Virus record (IMG/VR): IMGVR_UViG_3300042301_004094
Span: 62,001 to 126,000 of that record
DNA: 64,000 bases
Reading direction: 5' to 3' (one strand)
From: an uncultured virus (IMG/VR IMGVR_UViG_3300042301_004094)
Taxonomy: Duplodnaviria; Heunggongvirae; Uroviricota; Caudoviricetes
The notes under the pieces were generated by a model. It did no database searches. It was not told the origin of the DNA and was given only the letters and a program-made list of their open reading frames with translations. Shown piece after piece: positions 61,523-64,000 of the stretch; position 1 is the first letter of the stretch; each line of letters begins with the position of its first letter. A program made the translations under genes and the position numbers.

Positions 61523-62272
61523 TTATTTAACTAACATCAAGTAACCTAAACCTCCGATTACTATGTAACTTCCTATACGTTGGAATTTTGATTTTGCTTT
61601 TAATTTCTTTAATTGCAAGTCTATTTGGTTATATTGATCTTCCCAACCTGCAATTTCCTTATCTTTATTTGTTAAAATCAACTTATATTTACTTTCTTTA
61701 TTTTCAAATCCAGTAATAATATTGTCTTTAACAGTTATTTTTGCTTCCAATGTAGTAATAGTACTATCTTTTAATACGATAATTTGTTTAGTACCATCTA
61801 ATTCTACTAAATCTTTAGCAGCAGCAACTAATACTGGTTGTGCTAAAGGTAATGGATTAGTTACTGTGTCTTTAGGGTAACGAGTATTAAATGAACTGAT
61901 TAATTCATGTTCTGTAAAAGTATCAACTTTGCTTTTTTCTACTTCAATAGTTTCAACAATCCTAATTACTTTTGCTTTTTGGTGTTCTACCTTATATGTT
62001 AACTCTTCACTAACATAATTTAATGAGTCAATAATAGCATCATCTTTTTTAATTTCAGCAAATAATGAATCATTTACTTTATGTAAACTATCCATTTCAA
62101 CTAAAAATGCTTTATGATTAGCATTACTACTACATTTTTCAAACAATACACTACCTATTGCTATAATAGCTACTACTATAACAATTTTTGGCAACCATTT
62201 TTTAACTAATAACATCATATTTTTATTTTTTGATACCTGCATAATACTGCATTCTGTGTTTAATACCTTCAT
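61523..62272 (-). CDS. membrane-anchored coiled-coil protein (spanin-like); real start probably near 62218 (MMLLVKKW)
   Basis: N-terminal hydrophobic helix, long coiled coil, C-terminal hydrophobic segment. The track start overlaps the previous gene. Confidence 0.5.
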   Translation of the reverse strand: MKVLNTECSIMQVSKNKNMMLLVKKWLPKIVIVVAIIAIGSVLFEKCSSNANHKAFLVEMDSLHKVNDSLFAEIKKDDAIIDSLNYVSEELTYKVEHQKAKVIRIVETIEVEKSKVDTFTEHELISSFNTRYPKDTVTNPLPLAQPVLVAAAKDLVELDGTKQIIVLKDSTITTLEAKITVKDNIITGFENKESKYKLILTNKDKEIAGWEDQYNQIDLQLKKLKAKSKFQRIGSYIVIGGLGYLMLVK

Positions 62273-63368
62273 TCAAATCATCCATTTCATCTTCGTCCTC
62301 AAGTGGATTTTCGATTGGTGGTAGAGGAATATATTCTTTGCCTGCTTTTTTAGCAATATCTTTTTGTAAATATTCTGATTTAGCAACTAAAGCATCAATT
62401 CTTTGTTCTAGGCTTGCTTTTAAATCTGTTAAACCTTTAATTTCTCTAGCAGTGCTACCTACGTCATTAATATCACCAGGTGTACTTCTATATCTCTTAG
62501 TTTTTAATAGATTTGATTTAACACTTCTTAAACGATCAGATAATTTTGAATATTCCATCCAATCTTGATAATCTTCATCTGAAATAGTAACTGCTGATTT
62601 TGATCTGCTACCACCTGTCATTTCAGGTTCTGGTTCTTCTCCTGAAGCTTTAGCTGCTGCAAATGCTGCTTCTACTTCATCATCTGACATTTCTTCTTGA
62701 CCTGATATTCCTAATGAATCTAATTCACGTGATGTAAACATACTACCAGCTCCTGCTCTTCTACCTCTTGGATTGTAATACAATTCTTCATCACCAGTCG
62801 CTGTTGTGGATGCTGATGGAGTAGGCCTTGGATTTGTTAATCTTGGTGCTGCTTGTTCTGATGAAGAAACAATAATACCTGCATCAACCAATTCCATAAA
62901 ATCTTTATTGATTGGATTTTGTTTATCATAACCCATTTCACCAGCTACGTTCATTTTTGATACTGCTGATCCTGCTGCTTGAATAGCTGCTAAAATTTTA
63001 GCTTTTTTACCAGAAAATCCTGCAATTTGTGCATCAGTAACATCATCTGCTAATTGATATCTAACACCAACATTTGCCATTTCGTCCAATTCTGTTGAAG
63101 ACATACCTGGTTTTGATAGTTTAGTAAGTTTTAATTGTGCTGCTTGTATATTTTTATTAACAGCATTTATTTCAGCATCTTTTCCTGGTTTATCTACTGG
63201 AGCTACTTGTTGAGAAGTTAATTCTTGTTTTTTCTTATTAAGTGCTGCTATTTTAGCTCTTTCGGCAGCTAATGCTGCATTTTGTGCTTGTTTATCCTCA
63301 GCAGGACCTTCTTCAATTACTTCAAGTAATGCTTCACGGATAATATCTTGCAGTTCAGATTTTTTCAT
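62223..63368 (-). CDS. head-associated protein with MKKSELQDIIRE leader and C-terminal RMQYYAGIKK
   Basis: Coiled-coil and acidic. The ATG at 63368 lies 27 nt below the upstream motif at 63395-63403; the alternative start is 63383. Confidence 0.65.
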   Translation of the reverse strand: MKKSELQDIIREALLEVIEEGPAEDKQAQNAALAAERAKIAALNKKKQELTSQQVAPVDKPGKDAEINAVNKNIQAAQLKLTKLSKPGMSSTELDEMANVGVRYQLADDVTDAQIAGFSGKKAKILAAIQAAGSAVSKMNVAGEMGYDKQNPINKDFMELVDAGIIVSSSEQAAPRLTNPRPTPSASTTATGDEELYYNPRGRRAGAGSMFTSRELDSLGISGQEEMSDDEVEAAFAAAKASGEEPEPEMTGGSRSKSAVTISDEDYQDWMEYSKLSDRLRSVKSNLLKTKRYRSTPGDINDVGSTAREIKGLTDLKASLEQRIDALVAKSEYLQKDIAKKAGKEYIPLPPIENPLEDEDEMDDLNEGIKHRMQYYAGIKK

Positions 63369-63402
63369 AGTATCGTTATTCATAATTTTATATGTATAAA
63401 TA

Positions 63403-63921
63403 TTAAAGACTTTGCAAAATTGCAGCGATACGTTCTTCAGTTGTACCTTCGACTTTAATTAATTTATTAGGTTTAAACTCATCTAATGATAATTGTATAG
63501 CTACATCTATTTTTCTGCGATATTCTAAATCAGTTTCACGTACACCATTATCTTCCATTTCAACACCATTTGGCGATACATAAATAACTAAATCATAATA
63601 ACTACGAAGATGCATAGCTGATTCAACAAATGAGCGTTTTTCCCAATCTTTTATAGTTTTTGATGATAAAGTAAATGAACATACATCCCATACTGTACGA
63701 TCTGTAATGATTTTAGGTTGTAATAATTCACTAGCACGTTCTGCTAAAAATATAAATTGACCTGGTAATGTTGAATCTGTATTTAATGGAATACCTAGCC
63801 CACTAAGATATCTACTACGTTCAGTTTGTACAACATGATCTTTAAATTGATCAGTTTCACCTAACGCTTTTGCTAATGTAGTTTTACCTACACTCATTGT
63901 TCCTGCTAATCCTATTCTCAT
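63403..63921 (-). CDS. P-loop nucleotide kinase-like protein (AAA_28 / NadR-type)
   Basis: GTMSVGKTT Walker A, IITDRT, YDLVIYV...EDNGVR. Confidence 0.85.
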   Translation of the reverse strand: MRIGLAGTMSVGKTTLAKALGETDQFKDHVVQTERSRYLSGLGIPLNTDSTLPGQFIFLAERASELLQPKIITDRTVWDVCSFTLSSKTIKDWEKRSFVESAMHLRSYYDLVIYVSPNGVEMEDNGVRETDLEYRRKIDVAIQLSLDEFKPNKLIKVEGTTEERIAAILQSL

Positions 63922-64000
63922 TTATTTCTATTATTTATTTTTTTCATTTGACGTGCTACTTTCTTCTGCTGTAAAGCTTCTTTAACTTGTTGCTTCAAAC
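63918..64000 (-). CDS. C-terminal fragment of an upstream gene (...LKQQVKEALQQKKVARQMKKINNRNK)
   Basis: Manually translated; its TGA overlaps the kinase ATG (ATGA). Confidence 0.5.
   Translation of the reverse strand, partial: LKQQVKEALQQKKVARQMKKINNRNK

Larger units (their letters stand above)
7175..63403 (-). promoter_or_regulatory. recurrent upstream motif ATATTTAT(A/T), putative late promoter; about 20 dispersed sites
   Basis: Plus-strand (t/a/c)ataaatat starts at about 7175, 9876, 10923, 11498, 13272, 14620, 18894, 19442, 27825, 28264, 30724, 35766, 41796, 43383, 48194, 48902, 52041, 57955, 59851, 61454 and 63395. Most lie 20-38 nt upstream of a start codon. Confidence 0.75.

Noticed and set aside
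1..64000. Stop-codon reassignment as in some large Bacteroidota phages
   Set aside because: Core genes are full length under the standard code, and TAA, TAG (e.g. terL) and TGA all appear as apparent stops.
1..64000. tRNA or rRNA genes
   Set aside because: Intergenic gaps are short and AT-rich; no cloverleaf or T-loop signature recognised by eye.

Overview
The whole 64 kb window is the virion morphogenesis region of a large, AT-rich, contractile-tailed (myovirus) phage with a T4-like head module. Essentially all real genes are on the minus strand. In transcription order (right to left) they are: an AAA-type nucleotide kinase, head-associated and spanin-like proteins, terminase large subunit, portal, several prohead core or cargo proteins, prohead protease, scaffold, major capsid protein, PhoH, neck, head-completion and tail-terminator proteins. 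Next comes an approximately 30 kb array of long collagen-like tail fibres (four with C-terminal S74 chaperones) enclosing a cassette of three 2OG-Fe(II) dioxygenases and a two-domain GT2 glycosyltransferase. The region ends with tail sheath, tube, a tail assembly chaperone pair, tape measure, baseplate proteins and a hub-amidase. The absence of Shine-Dalgarno sites and the presence of TTTG/TAnnTTT-type promoter candidates suggest a Bacteroidota host (inference). The most notable signals are: (1) a candidate phage-encoded collagen hydroxylation and glycosylation system for the fibres; (2) two short peptide tags (a scaffold-like RxQxLAGI helix and a T4-CTS-like MxKLxDIlxE leader) reused on unrelated head-region proteins; (3) a recurrent ATATTTAT(A/T) upstream motif that is the reverse complement of the T4 late promoter; (4) a +1/-2 frameshift candidate in the chaperone pair; (5) modular shuffling among the fibres; (6) an unannotated 42-aa basic protein. 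All functional calls come from motif recognition and synteny. No database search was run.
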